A stretch of 64,000 nucleotides of DNA, taken from contig CAVZVA010000011.1 in assembly GCA_963778655.1 (NCBI GenBank), forward strand, positions 256,001-320,000. Reading direction: 5' to 3'. The DNA is from an uncultured delta proteobacterium. GTDB lineage: Bacteria > Myxococcota_A > Polyangia > Polyangiales > JAFGIB01. A program made the translations under genes and the position numbers. Positions 9,596 to 18,775 of the stretch are shown piece after piece. The notes under the pieces were generated by a model. It did not search any database. It was not told the origin of the DNA and saw only the letters and a list, made by a program, of their open reading frames with translations. Within the stretch, counting starts at the first letter, position 1; each line of letters begins with the position of its first letter.

Positions 9596-10215
9596 TTCTT
9601 GTGCCGCTTGAGCATGAACACGCCGAACAGCCCCGGCTCGAGGTCGGTCTTGCCGTCGCTCGCGCGCACGCTGGGCGCGATCACGCGCGCCTCGATGCCG
9701 CCGGTCTCCATCAACGACAGGAACACCATCGCGTTGCGGTCCGAGGAGCCATCGTCCAGGGTGGAGGGAAAGCGCGCCACCAGGATGTAGTTGCGCAGCC
9801 GCCCGCCGCCCGGAAAGTCGTACTGGCTCAGGGCGTCGTTGCTGAGGTTGGCGATGACCTCGAGGGCCGCGCCGCGAAACAGCCCGGGCGTACGCTGGCT
9901 GGCGCTGCATGCGCTCGCGCCGCCGGGACACACATAGGTATCGAGCGTGCCTGCGGGCGGCAACGTGCTCCCGGCGTCGCCGGGATCGAGGTAGGCCGCC
10001 GCCTTGGCCGGGTCGAAGGTCAAGTCCATCACGGTGTGCGCGGCGAAGCCCTGGCGGATGAACGACGGCTGCGACGATTGGCTGTCGCTGCCGATCACCT
10101 CGCCGTTGAAGACCTCTCCCGGACCGGTGCGAAACGCCTGCAGCGCGTCACAGCCGCAGGCCAGCCACAGCAGCGCGAGCAGCCAGCGGCCGCGCACAGC
10201 TCGGAGCGCCTGCAT
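9592..10215 (-). CDS. Hypothetical lipoprotein
   Basis: Signal with lipobox-like LACGC; translationally coupled to tsaD; host-like codon usage. Confidence 0.75.
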   Translation of the reverse strand: MQALRAVRGRWLLALLWLACGCDALQAFRTGPGEVFNGEVIGSDSQSSQPSFIRQGFAAHTVMDLTFDPAKAAAYLDPGDAGSTLPPAGTLDTYVCPGGASACSASQRTPGLFRGAALEVIANLSNDALSQYDFPGGGRLRNYILVARFPSTLDDGSSDRNAMVFLSLMETGGIEARVIAPSVRASDGKTDLEPGLFGVFMLKRHKK

Positions 10216-10228
10216 CAATGTGCTGCGC

Positions 10229-10301
10229 GAGCGAAGCGAGCCTCGCGGTGGGGTGGAACCCTGACGGCTTTGCCGGCAGAGCGGGGGCGCGTGCCCTCCC
10301 C
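10229..10301 (+). repeat. Multi-hairpin repeat family 2, copy 1
   Basis: gagcgaagcga...ctgacggc-ttt-gccggcag...ggggg-cgcgtg-ccctcccc; shares motifs with the copies at 18694, 28977 and 31782. Confidence 0.6.
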
Positions 10302-10378
10302 TGTCAACACACATCATGGCGCGACGATAGCACCTGGCGCCGGCAGGCGCAGTCGCGTGCCGCGCCCGACCGGCCGCG

Positions 10379-13300
10379 TCAGCTGGCGTCGGCGCGAGGA
10401 CGCTGGCTGCGCGCCGCGACCACCTGGGCCAGGCTGCGCTCGTATTGCAGCAGGCCGGCCGCGTCGCCTGCTTCGGCGGCGGCGCCGACCGCCTCGCGCA
10501 GGCAAGCCTCCGCCACCGCGCGCTCGCCCTGGGTTTGACGCACGCTCGCCAGCACCGCCGCCGCGCGCGCCTGCAGGTGCGGCGCGCCGGCCTGGCGGGC
10601 CAGCTCGCGGGCGCGGCTGAGCGCGTCGATCGCGGGCTGCGTATCACCGCCCTGCGCCAGCGTACAAGCCAGCTCGAGCGCGGCCTTGGCCAGGGTCAGC
10701 GGATCGGCGCTGCCCTTGGACAGGCGCTGCAACGCCGCGCTGAACGCCGCCACCGCGCCCACCTGGTTGCCCTCGGAACGGCGCAGCACACCCACCGCCA
10801 CGTGCACCGCGGCCTGCGTCGGATCGTCGTCGCGCTGGATCGCGATCTCGAGCGCCTCGCCCAGGGTGCGATAGGCGTCGCGCAGGCGATCGCGGCTGGC
10901 CATCACGCGCCCCAACCCGAGCAGGATCAACGCGCGCGCGACCGTGCCTGGCCCACAGAACTCCAGCGCCTCGCGCAGCACGCCCTCTGCCCCGGTCAGG
11001 TCTCGGCTGCGCGCCAGCGCATTGCCCAGCTTGCGGCTGAAGCTGGCCATCGCCTCCTCCAGCGAGGTGTCGCCGGACTCGAGCAGCTCCCGCCGCACCA
11101 GGTCGAGGCAGCGCCGATACGCCAGCACCGCTGTGCCCGCGTCCCCGCGCTCGTGCGCGAGGTCGCCCATGCGCTCGAGCAGCATCAGCGCGGTGAGCGT
11201 CTCGCCGGCGCCGTAGGCGTGATGCGCGCGCACCTCGAGCGGCGCGTCGGCATCGGCCGCGGCCTCGAGCGCGCGCGCGTGCAGCAGCTTGCGCGCCTCG
11301 GCCGGGATCGAGGCCTCGACCAGGTCGCGGATGAAAGGATGGACCACCTCGATCTGTCCGTCCTGCTCGACCAGCAGCCCTACCCCCTTGAGCAGCTCGA
11401 GACCGCCGTCGGCGCCGGACTCGGCCAGGCGAAACAGCAGCGCGCGGTCGCTGCGGTTGCCCAGCACGCAGGCGATCTGCAGCACGCGGCGCGCCGCCAG
11501 GCTCAGCCGTTGCATGCGCTGGCTGACCGCATCCGCGAGGCGCCGCGGCAGCGTGTGCGGCACGCCGTCGACCGCCAGACCGAGCGCGCGCAGCTGCTCC
11601 AGGTAGAGCGGCACGAAGGTGCGCTCGTCGCCGACGGGCTCGGACTGCCCGGGCGGCTGGTGACCGCCGAGGTAGGCGCGCGCCTCGGCCATGCTAAGAC
11701 CGGGCAGCACGATGCTCTCGGTGTCGCCGGACAGGTATTGCTCGCGGCCCTGCTGGCTGCCGACCAGCAGCAGGATCGAGCAGTCGCCGGTGAACTTGGG
11801 CAGCTCGCCCAGCACCTGCGCCGAAAGCCCGTCGCACAGGTGAAGATCGTCGATGATCATCACGACGCGCTCGCCGCCCACGCGCTCCAACGCCTCGCTC
11901 AGCGCGTGAGCCAGCGCGGCCGCCACCGCGCCGGCGCGCGAATCGCCCTCGGTGCCGCGCAGCCCTCCCGGATCGAGCAGCTCGCGCATGCCGGCGGCGA
12001 CCAGCGGATCGGCGCCCTCGAGCTCCTGCGCGAGCCCCGACAGCCCCGGCTCGTCGATCGAGAGCAGCGACAGCAGGATGGTGCGGATCGGGTGATAGGG
12101 CACGAGCCCGCCGCTGTCGTGCGGCCCTGCCCCCACCACCAGGTCGCCGTCGAGCGCCGCGCGCTCGGCGGCCTCGGCCAGCAGGCGCGTCTTGCCGATG
12201 CCGGGGTCGCCGACGATACACACCGACACCAGCCGGCCGCTGGCGTCCTTGCGCAGGCGCTCCAGCCGCTCGAGCTCGCGATCGCGCGCGATCAGCGCGG
12301 CTGCGTGCTCGCCGCTGGCGATCGACAGCCGCGGCGGCAGTGACATCCGCGGCGCGGCCGATGGGGTGACCGGTGCCTGCAGCTGGACCCCACACTCGGC
12401 GCAGAAGCGCTTGTTGCTGGGCGAGCGCACGCCGCAGCCGGGACAGATCACCTCGCGCTGCGCCGGTTGCAGCTCCTGCCACACGAAGCGCAGCTCGTCG
12501 GCCATCTCGTGTGCGCTCTGGAAGCGCTCGTCGGGGTTCTTGGCCAGCGCGCGCTTGACCACCTCGGCGAGCGCAGCCGGAATCCTGCGCACGGGCGCCA
12601 CGTCGCGCGGGTCGGGAATCGGATCCTGGATGTGTCGCAGCACCACGTTGGTCGGGGTGTCGGCCACGTACGGCAGCTCGCCGGTGAGCAGCTCGAACAG
12701 CATCACGCCGACCGAGTACAGGTCGCCGCGGCCGTCGAGCGGCATCCCGCGGCCTTGCTCGGGCGACATGTAATCGGGCGTGCCGCACACCAGGCCGGGC
12801 GAGGTCACCGACGAGTCGGCCGCGGCGCCGCCCAGCATCTTCGCCAGACCGAAGTCCACCACTTTGATCAAGTCCGAGCCCGTCCGCAGCCGCTCGATGA
12901 TCACGTTCTCCGGCTTGAGATCGCGGTGGACCACGCCGAGCGCGTGCGCTTCACCCAGGGCGGCGAGCACCGCGCTGACGATGTCGCAGACGCGGAACAA
13001 CGGCAGCTGGCCTTCCTCGTGCATCACGCGCGCGAGGTCGCGACCGTTGAGGTACTCCATCGCGAGGTAAAGGATGCCGTCGTCGGTGCGCCCGAAGTCG
13101 ATGATGCTGACGCTGTTGGGATGGTTCAGCCGGCTCGCCGCCCTGGCCTCGTTGTAGAAGCGTGCCACCGATTGCTCGTCGGAGAGCAGGTGCGGGTGGA
13201 TGACCTTGATCGCGACCGTGCGGCCGAGCATTCTCTGTTCGGCGCGGTACACGCGTCCCATGCCGCCGACCCCGACCAGATCGAGGATGACGTACGAGCC

Positions 13301-13423
13301 CCCGATGGTGCGCCCGAGCAGCGGGTCCTTGTTCGCCTCTGTGGCTCCCACCGATGCGCCGCAAGCGGCACAAAAACGGTCCACATCCCGCAGCGCTGAG
13401 CCGCACTGAGAGCACAGGAGCAT
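10379..13423 (-). CDS. Ser/Thr protein kinase with zinc ribbons, P-loop NTPase and TPR-like C-terminus
   Basis: CxxC/FCxxCG ribbons; GVGGMG, AIK, HRDLKPEN, DFG, GTPDYMSPE; Walker A GDPGIGKT, Walker B MIIDD; helical repeats at the C-terminus. Confidence 0.92.
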   Translation of the reverse strand: MLLCSQCGSALRDVDRFCAACGASVGATEANKDPLLGRTIGGSYVILDLVGVGGMGRVYRAEQRMLGRTVAIKVIHPHLLSDEQSVARFYNEARAASRLNHPNSVSIIDFGRTDDGILYLAMEYLNGRDLARVMHEEGQLPLFRVCDIVSAVLAALGEAHALGVVHRDLKPENVIIERLRTGSDLIKVVDFGLAKMLGGAAADSSVTSPGLVCGTPDYMSPEQGRGMPLDGRGDLYSVGVMLFELLTGELPYVADTPTNVVLRHIQDPIPDPRDVAPVRRIPAALAEVVKRALAKNPDERFQSAHEMADELRFVWQELQPAQREVICPGCGVRSPSNKRFCAECGVQLQAPVTPSAAPRMSLPPRLSIASGEHAAALIARDRELERLERLRKDASGRLVSVCIVGDPGIGKTRLLAEAAERAALDGDLVVGAGPHDSGGLVPYHPIRTILLSLLSIDEPGLSGLAQELEGADPLVAAGMRELLDPGGLRGTEGDSRAGAVAAALAHALSEALERVGGERVVMIIDDLHLCDGLSAQVLGELPKFTGDCSILLLVGSQQGREQYLSGDTESIVLPGLSMAEARAYLGGHQPPGQSEPVGDERTFVPLYLEQLRALGLAVDGVPHTLPRRLADAVSQRMQRLSLAARRVLQIACVLGNRSDRALLFRLAESGADGGLELLKGVGLLVEQDGQIEVVHPFIRDLVEASIPAEARKLLHARALEAAADADAPLEVRAHHAYGAGETLTALMLLERMGDLAHERGDAGTAVLAYRRCLDLVRRELLESGDTSLEEAMASFSRKLGNALARSRDLTGAEGVLREALEFCGPGTVARALILLGLGRVMASRDRLRDAYRTLGEALEIAIQRDDDPTQAAVHVAVGVLRRSEGNQVGAVAAFSAALQRLSKGSADPLTLAKAALELACTLAQGGDTQPAIDALSRARELARQAGAPHLQARAAAVLASVRQTQGERAVAEACLREAVGAAAEAGDAAGLLQYERSLAQVVAARSQRPRADAS

Positions 13424-13426
13424 TCG

Positions 13427-14215
13427 ATGCAGGATATCGCATCTCCGAGCACGGCCAAAGCCTCCGGCTCCGCGCTCGGCAGCGCGCCGGGCGCCCGCCC
13501 GCCGGAGCTCGCCCGCACCCTGGTGCTGGGCGCCAACTCGTGGCTGATCGGGGTGCTGTGGCCGCTGCTCGCGCGGGCGGAAACCAGCGCGCTCGAGCTC
13601 ACGCTCGCGCTGCTTTCGCCCTTGCCGCTGCTACTGGCCGCCTGGTTGCCGGCCGAACGGGCGCGGGCGCGGCTGCGACCTTTTCTGCTGCTGTGCGCGC
13701 ATCCGGCGGCGCTGGGAGCGGCGATGGTGGCGCGCCCGGAAGGCGTGAACCAGCAGATGTATGGACCTCTCGCGCTCGGCTTACTGTGGCTGTCGCTGTG
13801 CGCATACGGCGCGAGCGCGGCCACGGCCTGCGCGAGCCGCGGGCCAAGCCTGCGCGCGGCGCACGTACCGCTGGGCAAGGAACCCTGGGATTCAGCTCCG
13901 GCGGAGCGCCCGTGCTCACCGCGCGCGTTCGTGGGGCTGTGCTGCGCCGGAGCCGCGGCGTTGTGCTTGCTGGCGCCGGCGATGGGCGGCCTGCCCGCGC
14001 TCGAGCAGGCCTGGGGCGAGGCCGCGCTCGACGGCGGCGTGCTCACCGCGGTGGTGGGCGCCGCGCTCGCGGTCGCAACCGTCGGCGTCTACATGGCCGA
14101 CGGCCTGCGCAGCGCCACCTCGAGTGAGCCGCGCACCGACGGCGGCGTACGCGTCGCCTCGCTGCTGTTTCTAGCGCTGCTGGGCGCCGCCACCTACCTG
14201 ATCACACAGCCGTAA
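13427..14215 (+). CDS. Hypothetical multi-pass membrane protein
   Basis: About 7 hydrophobic segments; start uncertain. Confidence 0.7.
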   Translation: MQDIASPSTAKASGSALGSAPGARPPELARTLVLGANSWLIGVLWPLLARAETSALELTLALLSPLPLLLAAWLPAERARARLRPFLLLCAHPAALGAAMVARPEGVNQQMYGPLALGLLWLSLCAYGASAATACASRGPSLRAAHVPLGKEPWDSAPAERPCSPRAFVGLCCAGAAALCLLAPAMGGLPALEQAWGEAALDGGVLTAVVGAALAVATVGVYMADGLRSATSSEPRTDGGVRVASLLFLALLGAATYLITQP

Positions 14216-14242
14216 ACGCAGCCCCCCTGGCCTTGGAGAACG

Positions 14243-14314
14243 TGAAACAGGAAATCGGGAAGACGGGAAGAAAGAAGTCCGTCTTGCCTTCGCGTCTTCC
14301 CGCCTTCCTGTGAA
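14243..14314. repeat. Palindromic repeat family 1, copy D
   Basis: tgaa-acaggaaa-tcgggaag-acgggaag ... cttcgcgt-cttcccgc-cttcctgt-gaa, between convergent genes. Confidence 0.88.
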
Positions 14315-14333
14315 TCTCTTCCGGGCCCGGGGA

Positions 14334-16580
14334 TTAGCGGGCGGATTCGTCGAAGCGGCGCATGCCTTCCAGCAGCAGGCTTTCGGGCGAGACCTTGATC
14401 ACCTGCTCGCTCGGACGGAAGTTCGGATCGAGCTCGAAGTCGCCCTGGCGCAGCTTGAGCATCTCGTAGAACGCCTCTTCGTGCGCGTGCTCGGCGAACG
14501 CGGCGTCGAAGATCATGCCCTCGCAGAACAGGATCTCGCCCCGCCTGCCGTCGGAAGAGACCATGAGCTTACCGCTCTTGCGGCCGTGGAACAGGATCTG
14601 CACCACGTCGGGCAGCGCCATCTCGGTCAGCGAGCCGCTCACGCCGCCGCTCTTCCGCTTGGCCCGCCCGGCACCGTCGAGCACGCGCGTGACCTTGAGC
14701 GCCACCAGATCCGGCGACGCCGGCTTGGTGATGAAGTCGTCGGCCCCGAGATCGAAGCCCCGCTGCACGCTGTCGCCTTCGGCGTTCTTGCTGTGAAACA
14801 CGAACGGCAGCTCCTGGCCGGCGGCGCGGATCTTCTGCAGCAGCTCGAAGCCGTTGATCGGCTTGAGGTCGACTTCGCTGATCACCACGTCGAACTCGCC
14901 TGCGAGCTCGTTCTCGGCCTCGATCGAGTTGCGCGCGATGGTCACGTCGAAGCCGTGCTCCGCGAGCCGCAGCTCGAGCACGGTGGTCTCCTCCGCGTCG
15001 GGATCGATCAGCAGCGCGCGCCGGCTATCCGCGAGCAGCTTCGCGCGCAGATCGTCGCCGAGCACGACCAGCTTGAACACGTCGACCAGCCCGGGGTCGA
15101 AGATCTTGCCCTTGTGCTTGGCCAGCACGTCCCACGCTTCCTGCGAGGTCAGCTTCTTGCGGAAGGGATTGGCGGTGTGGCCGATCAGGTCGGCGTAGGT
15201 CTCCACGATCGCGATCACCCGCGAGCCCAGGCAGATCTCCTTGCCGCTGAGTCGGTCGGGGAAGCCCTGCCCATCGAAGCGCTCGTAGAGGTGGCCGAGG
15301 ATCGTGCCCACCTCGCCCGGCAGGCGCACAGCCTCGAACAGCCGCACCGGCGTCAGGTAGCTCTTGCGCGCCTGCTGCCGATGCGCCTCGTAGTCCGCCA
15401 CGTTGAGCGCGGTCAGGTGCAACGCCGAGGTTTTGCCCACGTCGTGCAGATAGGCCGCGATGATGATCGCGTCCGACTCTTCTTGGCGCAGCCCCAGCCG
15501 CTCGCACAGCCTGCGGCAGATGCGGGCGACCTGCACCGAGTGATTGCGCAGCTCGCCGCGCTCGTTCTCGAGCAACGCCACCAGCACGTTGAGCGTCTCG
15601 AGATAGTCGTGCACCGGAATGCCGGCCTGCGCCTTCTTGACCGAAGAGGCGATCTCCTGGCTGGCGCCAGCGTCGGCTTCGGGCACGGGCTGCGGGTACG
15701 GCGCCAGGCTCGGCTGCGCCGCCACGCCCTGCACGGCGTAGCCCTGCAGCAGGTGGGCGGCGCCCTGCACCGGCAGCACGGCGCCAGGCGGCGGCAGTGG
15801 AGGCAGCACGCCGGGCGGCGGCGGAGGCGGTCCGCCGGCCATCTCGGCCGTGCGCCGCAGCGTCTTGTGCTTGCTGCCCAGCGCCGGCGCGCGGCCCGGA
15901 ACCGGCGGCAGCCCCACCCCGCTGTCCTTGATGGACGCGGGCGTCAGGCTGAAGGTCACGTCGCGCGACAGGGGCGGGGCCGGCCCGCTGTCCTGCTCGA
16001 AGCTCAACGTGCGCTTCTTGTTGTCGCGGTCCACCGAAAGCCCGGTCAGGCCGGCCGCGGGGCCGGCATTGCGGATGTGATTGAACGCCTGCGTCTCGCC
16101 CTCGAAGTGCACCTTGATCGCCGCCTGGATCGCGGCCGGCCGCGCCACCAGCGCGCGCACCTTGGGCACGCGCGTGGCGAACTGCACCGACTTGAGCACG
16201 TCGAGGTCATCGGGCTGCACGGTGAGAATCGACAGCTCCTGCGCCTTGGCGTCGAACTTGACCGGAAACACGCACAGCTTGGCCGCCAGCTTGTGCGTGA
16301 TCAGCTTGAGCAGCGAGTCGTGAATCGGCGCTGTGGCGAGCTTGCGCGTGGAAACGAAATAGGTCTGATACATGCTCGCCTGAAACTTGAGCAGCGTCAT
16401 TTCGTCGAACAGGCCCATCTGGAGCAGGGCCTCCTCGACGTGAATTTGGCGCCGCTTGGCGTACAGGACTGCCGCCTCGGAGTCGGCGGCCTGAAGCATT
16501 CCTGCGGCCTGGAGCCCTTCGAGTAGCTTGGTGTTCACGCGCGGTATGGCACTCCCCGCCGGATGTAGCGAAGTGCTCAC
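14334..16580 (-). CDS. Multidomain signalling protein: GspE-N/MshEN-like + Pro-rich linker + HD-GYP-like + receiver-like + DUF4388-like
   Basis: HSVQVA, HDVGK, YERFDGQGFP, RVIAIVETY; REC fold (LLIDPD, DVVISE, GADDFITKP); C-terminal SGSLTEMALPDVVQIL...SLLLEGMRRFDE. Confidence 0.85.
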   Translation of the reverse strand: MSTSLHPAGSAIPRVNTKLLEGLQAAGMLQAADSEAAVLYAKRRQIHVEEALLQMGLFDEMTLLKFQASMYQTYFVSTRKLATAPIHDSLLKLITHKLAAKLCVFPVKFDAKAQELSILTVQPDDLDVLKSVQFATRVPKVRALVARPAAIQAAIKVHFEGETQAFNHIRNAGPAAGLTGLSVDRDNKKRTLSFEQDSGPAPPLSRDVTFSLTPASIKDSGVGLPPVPGRAPALGSKHKTLRRTAEMAGGPPPPPPGVLPPLPPPGAVLPVQGAAHLLQGYAVQGVAAQPSLAPYPQPVPEADAGASQEIASSVKKAQAGIPVHDYLETLNVLVALLENERGELRNHSVQVARICRRLCERLGLRQEESDAIIIAAYLHDVGKTSALHLTALNVADYEAHRQQARKSYLTPVRLFEAVRLPGEVGTILGHLYERFDGQGFPDRLSGKEICLGSRVIAIVETYADLIGHTANPFRKKLTSQEAWDVLAKHKGKIFDPGLVDVFKLVVLGDDLRAKLLADSRRALLIDPDAEETTVLELRLAEHGFDVTIARNSIEAENELAGEFDVVISEVDLKPINGFELLQKIRAAGQELPFVFHSKNAEGDSVQRGFDLGADDFITKPASPDLVALKVTRVLDGAGRAKRKSGGVSGSLTEMALPDVVQILFHGRKSGKLMVSSDGRRGEILFCEGMIFDAAFAEHAHEEAFYEMLKLRQGDFELDPNFRPSEQVIKVSPESLLLEGMRRFDESAR

Positions 16581-16733
16581 TGAGAGAGTTATTTTAGCGC
16601 AGTGACGCCTGGGAAAAAGGGGCTAGCTCAAGCTCGCGGGATCTCGGACGCGATCCGGCATGCGACGTGTCGGCGCGCGGCGCAGCATGTGGTCCGTGCC
16701 AAGCCGGCCCCTGCGCGTGGGGTCGCCGGCCGC

Positions 16734-17570
16734 GTGCTCGGTCGATATGCGGCGCGGGCCGCGCTGTTCTTGGCCCTCGCCGCCGCGCTGCTCGCCCGCG
16801 CAGCGGTGGGGCGGGCGTCGGATTTCTGGGACGAGGTCCGCAATCCCGGTCTGGGCGCGCATCGCGCTCACCTGCGCCAGGGCGAGCGCGCGCTGGCCGA
16901 AAACCGCGCGGATCGAGCGCTGGCCGAGGCGGAGACGGCGATCGCCGACTGCGCCGGGTGCGCGGCCGGCTACACCCTGCGCGGGCGCGCGCTCTCGGCC
17001 CTGGGACGCCACGCAGCCGCGGTCAGCGCGTTCGAGCACGCGCTGCAACTGCAAGCAAGCGCGCTCGATGCGAGCGCGGGCGCGCTCACCGCGGCCGCCA
17101 GCGCGATCCGCATCGGCCGCCCCGAGCTCGGGGCTCAGATCCTCGGCCGGGTGCTCGCGCTCGGCGGCGAGACGGTGGCCCGGCCGCGCGCGCTGCAGAT
17201 GCTGGGCGACGCGCTGCAGGCACAGGGACCCCAGCAGCTGCGACGCGCGATCGTCACCTACCAGGAGGCGCTGCAAGAACCGGACGTGCCCAAGGGCACG
17301 CTGCTCGGGCTGGCGCTGGCGCTGTACCGCGACGGAGATCCCGAGCAGGGGCTCGCGCTGGCCCGGCGGGCACCGATCGAGGCCGCGCCGAGCGCGGCCA
17401 AGTGGCTGCCGGAGTCCGAGCGTGCGGCGCGCCTGGCGCTGTGGCTGCGCGCGATCGGCGACGACGAGGCGGCCGACCAGAGTTGGCGAGACGCGGCCGA
17501 CGCCGGCGGGCCCTGGCGCCAGCAGGCGCGCGCGGCGTGCGCGGCACACGCGCGGACGGGTAAGCGATGA
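16734..17570 (+). CDS. Secreted TPR-repeat protein (start uncertain; ORF open from 16602)
   Basis: Signal-like segment before SDFWDEV; TPR patterns such as RGRALSALGRHAAAVSAFEHALQL. Confidence 0.75.
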   Translation: MLGRYAARAALFLALAAALLARAAVGRASDFWDEVRNPGLGAHRAHLRQGERALAENRADRALAEAETAIADCAGCAAGYTLRGRALSALGRHAAAVSAFEHALQLQASALDASAGALTAAASAIRIGRPELGAQILGRVLALGGETVARPRALQMLGDALQAQGPQQLRRAIVTYQEALQEPDVPKGTLLGLALALYRDGDPEQGLALARRAPIEAAPSAAKWLPESERAARLALWLRAIGDDEAADQSWRDAADAGGPWRQQARAACAAHARTGKR

Positions 17571-18682
17571 CCAAGGCTATGCGTTCGGCGTTGATCGCGC
17601 TCGCCGTGCTGGCCGCGGCCGCGCAGGCCAGGGCCTCGGCCGGCGGCGCGCCGGCCCAGGATCATCCCAGCGCCCCGCTGTGGCACGACATCGGCCACCG
17701 GGAACAGCGGCGTGCGCACGACCTGATGCAACAGGCGCTGGCCGAGCTGCGCGAGGCCAACCGGCAGCTTCCCAGCGACTGGCGCTCGGTCTGTAACCAC
17801 ACGCTGGGGCCGGGCTTCGGGGCCGAGTCGCTCTCCGCGCTGCGCGGGCGCGAGCGCGCGCTGCGCGAGCTGGCGCGTCAGGCGCTGCGGCGGCGCGCGC
17901 ACATCGACGCGGCGCTGGTGCGCTTGAAGCGGGCGCGCGCGCTGGCGCCGGACGATCCGGAGATCCTGTACACGCTGGGGCGGGTGCTGATGTTGTGGGA
18001 GCAGCCCGCGCCGCTGTACCGGTGCGCGTCCGAGCGGCGCGACCAGGAAGCTGCGCAGGTGATGCAGGAGCTACGCCGGCGCCACCCCACCTTCATGGCC
18101 GAGGCCGTGGCCTTCGACCTGGCGGTGCTGCTCACGCGCCAGGGCAAGTTCGCCGAGGCCGCGAGCAGCTACGCCGAAGCCATCGCGCTCGCGCTCGACG
18201 GCGGCGAGACTGCGGTGACGCGGATGAACCTGGCCGAGGTCACGATGCTCGCGGGCGATCTGGACCGTGCGCTCGAGCACTACGAGCGTGCGCTGCAGAT
18301 GACCGGCGGCGGCCGCGACTACTTGCTGGCGCTGTGGGGCCACGCAGTCGCGCTCGACCGCATGGGTGCGCACGACGGCGCGCTGCAGGACGCGCAGAAA
18401 GCGGTCGCCGCCGAGGGCGGTCACATGCAGGTACTGCGCTCGGAGGGCGTGTTCTTCGAGCCCGAGCACGAGATCGACTACTACGAGGGCCTCGGCCACG
18501 AAGCGCTCTCCACCCAGCCCGACGCCAACCGCGGCGCCGAGCTGCTGGCCGCCGCCGCGAGCTTCGAATCCTTCATCGCGTCCGCTGGCGACGCCGGCGC
18601 CTTCACCCCAGCCGCGCGCGCCGACCTCGAGCGCATCAAGACCGAGCTCCACGCCTTGCAGGGGAAGAGCCCTTCGCACTGA
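17567..18682 (+). CDS. Secreted TPR-repeat protein
   Basis: Signal peptide (AQARA); TPRs such as NLAEVTMLAGDLDRALEHYERAL; ATGA coupling with the previous gene. Confidence 0.85.
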   Translation: MTKAMRSALIALAVLAAAAQARASAGGAPAQDHPSAPLWHDIGHREQRRAHDLMQQALAELREANRQLPSDWRSVCNHTLGPGFGAESLSALRGRERALRELARQALRRRAHIDAALVRLKRARALAPDDPEILYTLGRVLMLWEQPAPLYRCASERRDQEAAQVMQELRRRHPTFMAEAVAFDLAVLLTRQGKFAEAASSYAEAIALALDGGETAVTRMNLAEVTMLAGDLDRALEHYERALQMTGGGRDYLLALWGHAVALDRMGAHDGALQDAQKAVAAEGGHMQVLRSEGVFFEPEHEIDYYEGLGHEALSTQPDANRGAELLAAAASFESFIASAGDAGAFTPAARADLERIKTELHALQGKSPSH

Positions 18683-18693
18683 CGCGACGAGGA

Positions 18694-18770
18694 AGCGCAG
18701 CGACCCACGCCGGAGGGTGGGTCCCGTTGGGCTTTTCCCAACGGGCGGGAGGGGCGCGTGCCCCTCCCGG
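18694..18770 (+). repeat. Multi-hairpin repeat family 2, copy 2 (possible bidirectional terminator)
   Basis: Three successive hairpins: gacccac/gtgggtc, cccgttggg/cccaacggg, cgggagggg/cccctcccg, between convergent genes. Confidence 0.75.
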
Positions 18771-18775
18771 ATAAA

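Noticed and set aside
10270..10307. TTGACA on the minus strand upstream of the lipoprotein-tsaD pair
   Set aside because: No plausible -10 at 16-18 nt; it sits at the edge of repeat family 2.
1314..14314. Repeat family 1 as a CRISPR array
   Set aside because: Copies are isolated and kilobases apart, arms are inverted rather than direct, and no cas genes are present.
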